Source: Octopus sinensis
Taxonomy: Eukaryota
Assembly: GCF_006345805.1 (NCBI RefSeq)
Contig: NC_043001.1
Coordinates: forward strand, 14,508,001 to 14,572,000
Direction of reading: 5' to 3'
Length of the DNA stretch: 64,000 bases
Positions 40,899 through 53,675 of the stretch are shown one piece after another. Both the position numbers and the translations under genes were made by a program. Below the pieces are notes generated by a model. It made no database searches. It saw only the letters and a program-made list of their open reading frames with translations, and was not told the origin of the DNA. Positions within the stretch are counted from its first letter, which is position 1, and every line of letters begins with the position of its first letter.

Positions 40899-41280
40899 GG
40901 CGCAGGAGTGGCTGTGTGGTAAGTAGCTTGTTTACCAACCACATGGTCCCGGGTTCAGTCCCACTGCGTGGCATCTTGGGCAAGTGTCTTCTGCTATAGC
41001 CCCGGGCCGACCAATGCCTTGTGAGTGGATTTGGTAGACGGAAACTGAAAGAAGCCTGTCGTATATATATATATGTGTATGTGTGTGTGTTTGTTCCCCT
41101 AGCATTGCTTGACAACCGATGCTGGTGTGTTTATGTCGCCGTCACTTAGCGGTTCGGCAAAAGAGACCGATAGAATAAGTACTGGGCTTACAAAAGAATA
41201 AGTCCCGGGGTCGATTTGCTCGACTAAAGGCGGTGCCCCAGCATGGCCGCAGTCAAATGACTGAAACAAGTAAAAGAGAG
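40899..41280 (+). mobile_element. Full-length tRNA-derived SINE family A (CORE-like body, central (TA)n(TG)n)
   Basis: A-box TGGCTGTGTGG, B-box GGTTCAGTCCC, TTGGGCAAGT core, tail ...ATGACTGAAACAAGTAAAAGAG. Other copies: 14565-14990(-), 17235-17445, 30325-30640, 31144-31640, 44764-45240, 46048-46615, 50495-51090(-), 51459-51845, 51983-52347(-), 57965-58465(-), 59035-59592(-), 61018-61295, 62899-63308. Confidence 0.9.
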
Positions 41281-41851
41281 AAAAGAGTATATGAATTACA
41301 ACTGTAAAGTCTGGCGGCAATACAACGCAGCAATTCTGCTATGTCGACCGATTTTTGAGGAAGAACGCTTCGAATCTCTGATGTCTTAAGATTTGCTTTG
41401 GAATGAATTTCATAAAATCTATCGATCTGTGTTTGCAAGAATTTGCAGAAGTTGCAACAGACCGGAATTTGTTATTAAAACTTTGTAACCTCATATCGGA
41501 TTTTGCACAGTTTATCAAGTTTCATGGTAACGACCAACCTAAACAAACATATCTAGAATTACATAAATAACTTTGTAGTTGATCAAAGTGTTGGAACTGC
41601 TTAGAGAGAAGCCTTCCTAATTTTAACAATTGATTTGGTTTTTCTATTCAACAGCTTCCGTTCTTTGCTAACACCAAAATGCCACCACCCACCTCTTACA
41701 TACACAATGGAATATTCCAGCATATAGAATACAGCACATTTCTTGGCAAAACTGAAATTTGCATACATTGTTAGATTATGTCTTTTCACATATAATTTCC
41801 ACTGCTAGCACCATATGTGTATATTTGTGTTTTTACATCAAGTTATATATA

Positions 41852-41891
<40 letters not shown>

Positions 41892-42076
41892 CTTTATTTA
41901 AAGCAGCAGAAAATTCAACAAAACCTGTTACTCTGAGTTTCCCGTTGCCGTTCATCGGCAACTCAGAGTAACAGGTTTTGTTGAATTTTCTGCTGCTTTA
42001 AATAAAGCATATTACTCTACCACTGGTATTTGAGTACTCTTTTTTCCACCTTGTTTCACATTTATGTGTTTACTAC

Positions 42077-42080
<4 letters not shown>
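41892..42080. mobile_element. Fold-back Penelope-like short element in (TA)n with a hammerhead motif
   Basis: Perfect 48-bp arms 41892-41939 and 41960-42007. Minus strand 41958-41924 reads CCGATGA-ACG GCAA CGG-GAAA-CTCAGAG-TA-ACAGG. Same family at 31425-31570 and, more diverged, 20785-21010. Confidence 0.7.
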
Positions 42081-42122
<42 letters not shown>

Positions 42123-42969
42123 GTGTGTGTGTGTTACTTAGAGATAGCAGTCCTCATCATCACACCATATAAAAGAATTTTATTTTAATACTTACTAATC
42201 ATTTCTAAATTTCTCTGCTACATGTGTTTCTTGAGGTTCTTTTACCGTTCCTTAAGACTGCTATCTCTAAATAACATATATTTCCTCAATGAGAATAATT
42301 CATTTTATTTGAATCTCTGTGATGCCAACATTTTTATTCACTAATAAATAAAATATATATTTATCATCATCATCATCGTTTAATGTCTGCCTTCCATGCT
42401 AGCATGGGTTGGACGATTTGACTGAGGGCTGGCGAACCAGATGGCTGCACCAGGCTTCAGTCTTGATCTGGCAGAGTTTCTACAGCTGGATGCCCTTCCT
42501 AACGCCAACCGCTCCTAGAATATAGTGGGTACTTTTACATTCCACTGGCACGGGGCCAGTCAGGTGGCACTGGCAACAACCTCGCCTGAATCTTTTACAC
42601 ACGCCACCAGGACGGGTGCCAGTAAGGCGATGCTGGTAACGATCCCGCTCAAATGGTGTCTTTTACGTGCCACTGGCACGGAGGCTAGTTAGCCGCTCTG
42701 GCAACGATCACGCTCAGATGGTGCTCTTAATACCCTACTAGCACGGGGCTCAAGTGCCAATATATGTACATGTTCTATTTTAATCTTTTGCGTGTTTCAA
42801 TCATTAGAGTACAGCCATACAAGAGAATCACCTTAAAGAATTTTAGTTGAATAAATCAACACCAGAACTCATTTTTGTAAGCCTGGTACTTATTCTATCA
42901 GTCTCTTTTGCTGGACTGCTAAGTTACAGAGATGTAAACACTCACACATGTATACATAGACAAGGCAAA

Positions 42970-43312
42970 CTTCTTTTTACCATCAAGACTATTCTGCAGA
43001 GACCTGAATAAGTGGAAATCCGAAGGAGCAATATCTGGTGAATATGGAGGGTGGGGTAACACATCCCAGCAATTTTTGTCTGGTTCTCAAAGCATCAAGT
43101 GCCGAAAATGAACTTTCTTATCTTCCATTTTAAAGGGTTACAGAATTAACGCAGGTTATAGGAACATAAACCTTCTTCCACGAAAAGATAGCTTAAACCG
43201 TGCTCTAAATGGAGGTGTAGTCAAATCCTATTTTATGGACTCAACCATGTTCTAAAATAAGTCGAAAGGTAAGCTACTATAAATCGGCACGAACTTTCCA
43301 GACAACCCAATA
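42970..43312 (-). mobile_element. Internally deleted mariner element
   Basis: Encodes WDVLPHPPYSPDIAPSDFHLFRSLQNSLDGK (mariner YSPDLAP-D motif); one TIR TATTGGGTTGTCTGGAAAGTTCGTGCCGATTT. Confidence 0.85.
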
Positions 43313-45967
43313 TATATCAGAAAACTATGAAATATTCTTTCTACATTCCATATGTTTGGAATCAAATTTCCTTAATGATTCTTTTGTCATCAGTATTATG
43401 AATCGCGCAACAGGTTACAGAATCGATTATCATTAAAAGAAAAATGCAAAAAATTGTTTTTAAAGCTTTGTATTAGCACTGAACAAACACAATGACAAAT
43501 AGAACCATTTAAGTTTTTGCAATAATAAAGGAATGATGATGATGATGATAATTTAATGCAGAGAGCATCAGAAACAACTTAATTATGTTTATTTAACCAA
43601 CTTCTGTCGTATTTGGCATTCAAATTCCATATTAACACAAATAAAACTTTACTGTCTCAGCCAAAGCAAATAATACGAAACACTTTCTCAATCTATAAAT
43701 TCCTCAACCAGTCTATCAAATTAATATTCTTTTCTACTTTAAGCACAAAGCCCGAAATTTTTGGGGAGGGAGCAAGTCAATTAGATCGACCCCAGTACAC
43801 AACTGGTACTTAATTTATCAACCCTAAAAGGATGAAAGGCAAAGTCGACCTCGGCGGAGTTTGAACTCAGAACGTAAAGACATGAAATACCTATTTCTTT
43901 ACTACCTGCAAGGGGCTAAACACAGAGTGGACAAACAAGGACAGACAAACGGCTCAAGTCGGTTATATCGACCCCAGAGCATAACTGGTAATTATGTAAT
44001 CGACCGCGAAAGGATGAAAGGTAAAGTCGACCTCGGCGGTATTTGAACTCAGAAAGGCGGCGAGCTGGCAGAAATGTTAGCACGCCGGGCGAAATGTGTA
44101 GCCGTATTTCGTCTGCTATTATGTTCTGAGTTCAAATTCCATCAAGGTCGACTTTGCCTTTCATCCTTTTGGGGTTGATAAATTAAGTACCAGTTATGCA
44201 CTGGGGTCGATATAATCGACTTAATCCGTTTGTCTGTCCTTGTTTGTCCCCTCTGTGTTTAGCTCCTTGTGGGTAGTAAAGAAATAGGTATTTGAACTCA
44301 GAGACTGAACACTGCAAGAACTAGGTTTTTATGTTTACTTGAATAAATGGTAACAACAGCGAGGAGTAAAATTTCTCAAAGATTATTTCGACACCTTGAA
44401 AAAACACTTCCTTTGATGAAAGTTCTTCCAAACAAATAGATGTGTAAACAAATAAATAAAAGGAAGAGTGAGACGATAGCAAAAAATAGGGATAGCTGTA
44501 CCTTGCACGATTACATATAAATATGTTTGTTCACATGTTAGCTAAACAGGATTACATTTCCAGAGAAAACAGTTCTGTTACATTGGCCTTTCGCTTGATT
44601 GTACACAGAACATTCGAAAGTAAAAAGAAGAAAAAAATATCCTGTTTACCTCACACATGAATAAATATATACGACTCTATACATTACTAACACATGGTTG
44701 TATTGAGCACTTTTAGATGGGTTTTTTTTTTTTCTATTAGGAAATAAACAAACACAGCATAAGAGTGGCTGTGTGGTAAGTAGCTTCATTCCATCACCAT
44801 CATTCATTAATGTCTATGTCCAGCCCGTAGCTACTATCTGTGTACTGCCCTGGTGGCAAATTAAATAAAATTAAGTAGCTTGTTTACCAACCACATGGTT
44901 CCGGGTTCAATCCCACTGCGTGGCACTTTGGGCAAGTGTCTTCTACTATAGCCTTGGGCTGACCAAAGCCTTGTCAGTGGATTTGGTAGACGGAAACTGA
45001 AAGAAGCCCGTCGTATATATGTATATATATGTGTGTGTGTGTGTCTGTGTTTGTCTCACCAACATCGCTTAACAACCGATGCTGGGGTGTTTACGTCCCT
45101 GTAACTTAGCGGTTCGGCAAAAGAGACCGATAGAATAAGTACAGGGCTTACAAAGAATAAGTCCTGGGGTTGATTCGCTCGACTAAGGGCGGTGCTCCAG
45201 TATGGCCGCAGTCAAATGACTGAAACAAGTAAAAGAGTAAAACACACACGATAATCATTTTAAAGTCCACTTTTCTACGCTAGCATTGGTTGGACGGATT
45301 TTGCTGAGGCGAATTTCCAACAGCTGGATGGCCTTCCTGCTTCCAACTCGCATGTTTCAAAGCAAGGTAATATTTCCCAACGACCAGACATGTTTTTACA
45401 GAATACTGGAAATGAACGACACTGCTTATATAACAATGACACTCATTTACAACCATCTCATGATGTCAAGACAAGGAGAAACAAACACATACATATACTA
45501 GGGGCTTCTTTCCGTTTCCGTCTACCAAATCTACTTCCAAAGATTTGGGTGACCCAGGGATATAGCAGATGATACTTGCTCAAGGTGCCACACAGTGGGA
45601 CTGAACTTGACACCATGTCGTTGGAAAACAAACCTCTCCACCGCACCTCCATGCCAAACATAAACGTTTGTAACAAATTTTACATCAACTGTGTGGCAAT
45701 GACAGTTGCTTTGACAATGAATTAAATACGAAGTAAATAAATGAAAACTAATTAGAAAATTAATTAGCAACAACTCTATAGAAATCTATTTGAAATATGA
45801 TTCTACCAAAGTAAAAAAAAAAAAGATTTTAACTCCAAAGACTTGTCCAGTGAGATACCACAGACTTGATGTAAAATCCTTAGAGTACCCAAAGAGGTAG
45901 TCAAAGGCCTATGTATTTTTTTGAGGTTACTTGTAAAATTCAAGGAATATTTATGCCTTAACAGTTA

Positions 45968-46742
45968 TGAGGGAGTGCTGAAAAGTTCTTGGCTTTGGGT
46001 AAAAGAAAATACAGAAGAATCGGTGAATTATGATTTTATTCAACATAGCACAGGAGTGGCTGTGTGGTAAGTAGCTTGCTTACCAACCACATGGTTCCGG
46101 GTGGCACCTTGGGCAGGTGTCTTCTACTATAGCCTCGGGCCAACCAAAGCCTTGTGAGTGGATTTGGTAGACGGAAACTGAAAGAAGCCCGTCGTATATA
46201 TGTGTATATCTATATCTCTCTCTCTCTAATCTCAAAATTAATCAGCCGAAATTGCAAGGATGATCCGGTTCTTGACTGAAGATTAAAGGCTTCGAATGAC
46301 CCGTCCGTGTTTTTTTGTATCGTCTATCTGGATGTTTTGTTGTCCCTTTTTGTATCACCTAGTTGTCCAAATGTTTTGCGATCTTGTCCCATTTTGTATT
46401 TTTATATGTATGTTTGTATGTCTGTATTTGTCCCCTCAACATTGCTTGACAACCGATGTTGGTGTGTTTACGTCCCTGTAACTTAGCAGTTTGGCAAAAA
46501 AGGCCGATAGAATAAGTACTAGGCTTCCGAAGAGTAAGTCCTGGGGTCAATTCGCTCAACTAAAAGGCAGTGCTCCAGCATGGCTGCAGTCAAATGACTG
46601 AAACAACTAAAAAGAGAGGATATTCCCTTCTCAAATTCACACACTTATTGCAACAGCCCTTCAGGGTTTTTGTAAGCCCTGTTAAATAACCAGGTGTTTT
46701 GCAATACTCTCAAAGCCAGGAACTGTCCAGTAATTCCCCTTG
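45968..46742. mobile_element. Mariner-type MITE interrupted by a SINE, which is itself interrupted by a TA-inserted element
   Basis: TA|TGAGGGAGTGCTGAAAAGTTCTTGGCTTT ... AAAGCCAGGAAC...CCCCTTG|TA; SINE at 46048-46615; nested element at 46228-46405. Confidence 0.7.
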
Positions 46743-49700
46743 TATATATCTACCTTCAGTTATAATTAACAGTTTGGTACAGGAGCAAATCATTTTCAAC
46801 ACCATTTGATTCGCAAGTCTTGGGATCAGATGTAGATTCTTTGTCAATATAATTAAACAAATGACTCTTGTTACCATTATAATGAATGATCTTCGTTAGA
46901 GTTCAATTAATGATTTAATTATCAGATTACATAGTGTGTGTGTGTATAACATCATAAATATCCATCAGAGCATGAATCTAATTGAATCTAGCAATAATAT
47001 TAATACCACTCACTACATGGACGACAAGAACAACAACAACAATAAAAGCCTTCTGCTGTTGCACAGCTTATTGGACTCTGGTTTTACAAACAAATGGCTT
47101 TTGTTTGCTTGGCAATTTAAAGATAATTACTTGTCAAATAGTTTTACATCCAGATTACACAGTTGTTTTGACAATGAATTAAATATGAAGCAAATAAATG
47201 AAAATTAATTAGAAAATCAATTAGCAACAAGTGTGTATAAATCTATCTGAAATATGTATCTATCAAGAGGTAAAACAAAAAAAGATTTTAGCTCCAATGC
47301 TTTGTCCAGTGAAGGTAAGTGGCCTGGTGTAGCACTCATGACTGAAAGATCATGGTTTCAATTCCCAGGCTAGGCAGTGCAGTGTTGTTGGGCAAAACAT
47401 CTTCATTTCCAGCCGCTCAAGTCCACTCAGCAGCAGATGAGTTCCAACAATAGTTGGGAAGTTAACCAGTGTCCCATTCAGGTGTGAGTGTTCTAAGCCT
47501 CATGATAGAGCTAACCTTTGTATTCCAAGTTCAAATCTGTGTTCAGCCCCTTGTGGGCAATAAAGAAATAAGAAGGCTTAACCTGTTGTCCAGTTTAATA
47601 TTACCACCAGGCACCTTGGATGCCTTTAGCTAAATCCACCCGGTTGCAAGCATTTGGGCTAGGGTTCTAGATTGAGGAGATATTCCCTACTCCCACTAGT
47701 CTCAGGGGCCCAGTAATGGACTATGGGCACTGTCTTACTCACCTACCAAAAAAAGAAAGAAAAAACCATAAATCTCATCATCGTTTAACATCCACTCTCC
47801 CTTACTTGCATGGATCAGATGGAATTTGTTGAGGCAGATTTTCCACAGCTGGGTGCTCTTCCTGTTGCCAACCCTCACCTGTCTCCAAACAAGGAATATT
47901 ACCTCCATGGCTGGGCAGGTTTTCATGGAACACAGGAAATGAAGAGCCCCCACTTATACGACAGTGATGCTCATTTACAACCATAATGTGATGTCAAGAG
48001 AAGTGCCCCCACAAATGCACACAATGCTGGGCTTCTTTCAGTTTCTGTCTCTTAAATCCACTCACAAGGCTTTGATCAAACCACATCTTTAGTAGAAAAA
48101 CACTTGTCCAAGGTGCTGCTGCACAGTGGGGCTGAACCCAAGACCACATAGCTGGGAAGTAAGCTTAACCACACAGCCATGTCTATGCCTTAAAATGTAT
48201 TTTATCCCAGTTTCCTGTGGAACCCTACCCAACAAATTCAACTTCTTCCACGTTTTCCACTGTTCAGGAGACATTTACTTTAGGCTGATATGACTCAGTA
48301 CATAATTGCTCACCAGTGAAAAGATATTAAGTATTGACATCATTGTACAATTGTAAAATATTTAACCATCAGTGCTTGTGTGTGTGTGTGTGTGTGTGTA
48401 GGAAAAGAAAACAATGCTTTAGAAATATGTAAGTGAACAGATCCGCCCAATGTGTTTTGTTCTTAGTTTTTCTTCTTCCTCCACCCTGCTACGTCACACC
48501 TTCCCAAAATGCCTCACTAAACACTCGCTTGAAGCCTTTCTTCTCAGAACTACTGACTAACCTGGTTTGAATTTCGCAAATTTTCATTGAAATGTTGACC
48601 AATGTAAATATGTTACAACAAATGAGGTCAACACAAAAATAGATTGAGAGAAACTCCAATGCCCTCACCTGTACATGTAAATAAAGATTCACGACTACAA
48701 AAGCGTTTTTCAAATATCTGAAAACTTGTTCTGCCTTCCTGAGCTAGTTTTCCACCACATTTCTTAAAAATCATGGTAGAGGCCTTGGTCTCAAGACCAC
48801 TCATCTCTAGAAACTGAGGTTGGGGTTAAGCAAGGGCATGCTCTCCATAGAAAATCCAGCTCCAAAAAAACCCTCATGATAGCAAAGGAGAATGGGCACC
48901 AGTCAAACCAAAGGTTGGGGGTGGGCTGCACCTGTGTACCTATAGCATTGAGGTAGATCCGGCCACCCCTATTAACGGGGACTAAACCTAGATTTAAAGC
49001 ACTGGATGATGATGATGATGATATCATTAAAGAACATACATTCTTGTATATTTACCCACTCTTGCATCACTACACTACTTTGACGAATACAGTAAAGTCT
49101 TTTTCTGATGAGGCTATAAGACCAAAACAGGTACAGAGTTGCCTCCTATATTGGCCAAAATAAACATTAGTCATAGACTAATACTGTTTCTTTTTAATTA
49201 GCTTCTTATTTCTTCGTACATTTAATATGTTAATACTAACTTAACAAGTGTTAACTGATGTTGTCCGAGTTATTAACACTAAAACATAATCGGTCTATGT
49301 AAACAAAGTAAGCTTTGTAGCGTAATGGTGTTGTATTAATTTCTGTATACTAATGGCACCATTTTAGTAGTGGAAGTCAATATAAAAGACTCGCTCAGTT
49401 ACATTCATCCATCAGTAAACATGGGAAAGGAATGACAACTATTAAATCCACTTAATTCACAGATAATAACGATGAGCAATTGTAAGAGCCATGTCACTTG
49501 TAAAATATTCAACAAGATATGATAATAAAGAGCTTTTTAGTTCACAGCTCAAGTAGAGAAAGCTGTGTCATTATTAAAGTTTACAGTATGAGACATATCA
49601 GAGCTATTTATTTCATTCCTAGAGCATTAAACAAGCTACAAAAATAATAACTAGGGCCCTCAGAGAGCGCAAACCTCTGCCAACGCAACACCAACATCCT

Positions 49701-50719
49701 CTCAATGATTAACTGGAGAACATCATCATCATCATCATCATCATTTAGCGTCCGCTTTCCATGCTAGCATGGGTTGGATGGTTCAACTGGGGTCTGTGAA
49801 GCCAGAAGGCTGCATCAGGCCCAGTCTGATCTGGCAGTGTTTCTACGGCTGGATGCCCTTCCTAATGCCAACCACTCCGTGAGATGATTTTTTAAATCCT
49901 TCAATGAATATCATGAAACCTTTTGATTTTCTCTTCTCTTAAATTCTGGTCTTCCTTTAATAATCCCATTGTTTTAGATCAATGTATAGAATTATGTATA
50001 TATGTAAGTATACTGTAAAGTGTTAAAATGTATGTATAATCTCCTAATATAATAATGAGCATTGTCTTTATATATATACTAGCAGTATCGCCCAGCGTTG
50101 CTTGAGTTTGTTTCGACCTTTTAGAATTGGAATTTTTGAAAAGTAAAAATTTTGCATTATGTAGCTTGTTATTATCTTTAAGTGAACATTTTTCTGGTTG
50201 AAATACACCGAAAAATGGTGACACTGCAGTAAAAAGATCGTAAGAAATAGGGAAATTATGCAAATAATTTTTGGTGTTAACATGGTCTGAATTGAATTTT
50301 TTGTGCCTACAGCCAAAAGGTGGTTATTTCCCTGCTTGACTATTAAATAATGATCATCACAGGAGGTTGTTCCACTGCTAAGAGATGAGAAAGTTATGAC
50401 AGCCATCAGGATTATGCATTTCACTGCTAGATCTGAACAAGTTTTTGATAACCAACTGTCAGAGCGGTTTCTTTCATACTCTTTTTCTCTCTCTTTTTAC
50501 TTGTTTCAGTCATTTGACTGCGGCCATGCTGGAGCACCGCCTTTAGTCGAGCAAATCGACCCCGGGACTTATTCTTTGTAAGCCCAGTACTTATTCTATT
50601 GGCCTCTTTTGCCAAACCGCTAAGTGACGGGGACGTAAACACACCAGCATTGGCTGTCAAGCAATGCTAGGGGGACAAACACAGACACACAAACACACAT
50701 ACATATATATATATATATA

Positions 50720-50928
50720 ACGGGAAGCTTTATGAAAATAGACAAAAGACGAAGGCAGGTGGAAAACAAACGAACAATTGTATTAGTATGGCGCTCAGGA
50801 AATATAAATAAAACAAGTCTTTAACGTTTCGAGCCTACGCTCTTTAACAGAAAGATATACAGAGAGAAAAAAAACACAGAAAGGAGAGAAAAAAAATGCG
50901 TGCAGTAGCTAACGAATCAACATGGCGA
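50720..50928 (-). mobile_element. Penelope-like short element inside a SINE microsatellite, with a variant hammerhead motif
   Basis: Minus strand 50855-50818 reads TCTTT-CTGTTAA-A-GAGC GTAG GCTC-GAAA-CG-TT-AAAGA (stem I TCTTT/AAAGA). Confidence 0.6.
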
Positions 50929-52374
50929 TATATATATATACGACAGGCTTCTTTCAGTTTCCGTCTACCAAATCCACTCACAAGGCATTGGTAGGCCTGG
51001 GGCTATAGCAGAAGACACTTGCCCAAGATGCCGCGCAGTGGGACTGAACCTGGAACCATGTGGTTAGTTAGCAAGCTACTTACCACACAGCATAAAACTG
51101 ATGAATATCAGAGCCTGGCTTTTTTTTCTTTCTTTCTTCTTTTCTCTCTCAACTGCATTTAGTTTCTATATAAACTACAAAGTTCTTTAAAAGTTAGTTT
51201 ATATACGAAGAGTCAAGTAACTAAGTAAATAATTACATCAAACGATTCTGTTTAGAAATTCTCCAAGCTGAGCTGAGAGCTATGAACACCTGATAAGTGC
51301 AGTTCTAGACGGTGATTACAGGAAAGGTATGCTTGAGATTAATTAAGTTTCAAATGATAACAATATCAGTTAAAATGTGGTACAAGACTTACCCAGAATG
51401 TATAAAATGCACAAGTTTTTAAAACAAAAATTATCCAAGTAAAATTAATCTAGAAGAACAGGAGTGGCTGTGTGGTAGGTAGCTTGTTTACCAACCACAT
51501 GGTTCCGGGTCCCACTGCGTGACACCTTGGGCAAGTGTCTTCTACTATAGCCTCGGGCCGACCAAAGCCTTGTGAGTGGATTTGGTAGACGGAAACTGAA
51601 AGAAGCCCGTCGTATATATATATATATATATATGCGTGTGTGTGTTTGTGTCTGTGTTTGTCCTCCTAGCATTGCTTGACAACCGATGCTGGTGTGTTTA
51701 TGTCCCCGTTACTTAGCGGTTCGGCAAAAGAGACCGATAGAATAAGTACTGGGCTTACAAAAGAATAAGTCCCGGGGTCGAGTTGCTCGATTAAAGGCGG
51801 TGCTCCAGCATGGCCGCAGTCAAATGACTGAAACAAGTAAAAGAAAAGAAAGAAAGAAAGAAGAATTATCTCTACAGTGGTTGATCATAATAATTTAAGA
51901 CAGCTGAAGGAAATATATATTTGTGTAATAGAATATTCTGTAACACAACTACTGTATTTTCTGATATACAACTCTCTTTACTCTTTTACTTCAGTTGTTT
52001 GACTGTGGCCATGCTGGAGCACCGCCTTTAGTCAAGCAAATCAACCCCAGGACTTATTCTTTGTAAGCCTAGTACTTATTCTATTGGTCTCTCTTGCCGA
52101 ACCACTAAGGTACAAGGATGTAAACACACCAGCATCGGCTGTCAAGTGATGTTGGGGGATACAAACACATATATATACATATATACGATGGGCTTCTTTC
52201 AGTTTCCGTCTACCAAATCCACTCACAAGGCTTTGGTCAGCCCAAGGCTATAGTAGAAGGCACTTGCCCAAGGTGCCACACAGTGGGACTGAACCCAGAA
52301 CCACGTGGTTGGTAAGCAAGCTACTTACCACACAGCCACTCCTGCATCTATTGTAAAGTTTATTTGCCAAAGCA

Positions 52375-52526
52375 AAGTGGCAATCCTGGTTAGGATGAAC
52401 ATTACTGCCATTTAGCCCCAGGACAAAAAATCTTCTCCAGTTGGCTATTGACACACTTAGATCTTTTTTTTTTTTTGTCCTGGGGCTAAATAACAGAAAC
52501 ATCCATCCTAACCAAGACTGCCACTT
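52375..52526. mobile_element. Small fold-back MITE
   Basis: Imperfect ~55-bp arms: AAGTGGCAATCCTGGTTAGGATG..TTTAGCCCCAGGACAAAAAA and TTTTTTGTCCTGGGGCTAAA..CATCCTAACCAAGACTGCCACTT. Confidence 0.65.
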
Positions 52527-52820
52527 CACATTGGAAAATAAACTTTTCTCTATTGTACTGTTGCTCCATGTTTCTCTTTCAGAGATTTAGAATGAATAGC
52601 TCTTCTATTTAAAACTTATATATTTCATGTAAAAGTGGTGTTTCTGTTCTTAACTTTGAATTTGAATTTTCAGCATGGTTACATTATAAGTTTGTTTCCC
52701 AACCCCACGGTTCCAGGTTCAGTTCCACTGCATGGCATCTTGGACAAGTGTATTTGGTAAATGGAAACCAAAAGGAATTTCGTGTGTGTGCTATTATCCC
52801 ATTGCCTTGACTTTGTGAAA

Positions 52821-53210
52821 TCTCTCTATATAAAGCTGAAGTTGTCAGTGTATGGCAGGTTTGGTAGCCTTCAACTAACATTATCTCCTCCGAGACCCTG
52901 CGGCACAACTTGACCAAAATTGAGAGTATGATAGAAGAAGGCTTGCTCTTCCTTCCATAGAAGAAACAATTCAAATCGGACCATCTTAACACCAAAAATT
53001 ATTTACATCAAAAAGGTGCTTTTTTTTATGAAAATCCCTATTTTTTATGATTTTTTTTACTGTTCTGTCGCCATTTTTCGGTGTATTTCAACTCGAAAAA
53101 TGTTCACTTAAAGAGAATAACAAACTACATAATACAAAACTTTCATGTTTCAAAAATTTCAATTCTAAAGGGTCAAAACAAACCCAAGCAACGCCGGGCG
53201 ATACTGCTAG
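52821..53210 (+). mobile_element. Non-autonomous Helitron
   Basis: Homologous to 25400-25795; TC start, hairpin plus CTAG end. Confidence 0.75.
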
Positions 53211-53373
53211 TAGTTGTAAAAGAGTGCCATCATCATACATGCAATGTCCATTTCCAATCTTCCAAGAAAATATTTTGTTACAGGAGAATATTATCTTACT
53301 TTAAAACAGAAAAGGTATCTCACCATAGAAAATCTGAGTGAATTCCATCTGACTCGCTTGCACAGTCATCTAG

Positions 53374-53675
53374 GGGAGGCACATGGCCTAGTGGTTAGAG
53401 CAGCAGACTTGCAGTTAAGGGATCGCGGGTTCGAATCTCAGACAGGGCAATGTGTGTGTTTATGAGCAAAACACCTAAGCTCCACGCGGATCTGGCAGAA
53501 GGTAATGGCGAACTTCTGATTCTTTCGCCACAACTTTCTCTCACTCTTTCCTCCTGCATCTTGCAGCTCATCTACGACGGACAAGCGTCCCATCCAGGTG
53601 GGGAACCTATACGCCAAGGAAACCAGGAAACTGGCCCTTATGACCAGGTATTGCTCAAGAAGGAACAAACAAACA
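53374..53675 (+). mobile_element. tRNA-derived SINE family C
   Basis: GGAGGCACATGGCCTAGTGGTTAGAGC...GGGTTCGAATC (A and B boxes). Related copies at 2478-2773(-), 56394-56590 and 62572-62870. Confidence 0.8.

Noticed and set aside
53374-53445. tRNA-like sequences (also 56394, 62572, 17451)
   Set aside because: A and B boxes are present, but the acceptor stem does not close and each continues into a SINE body.
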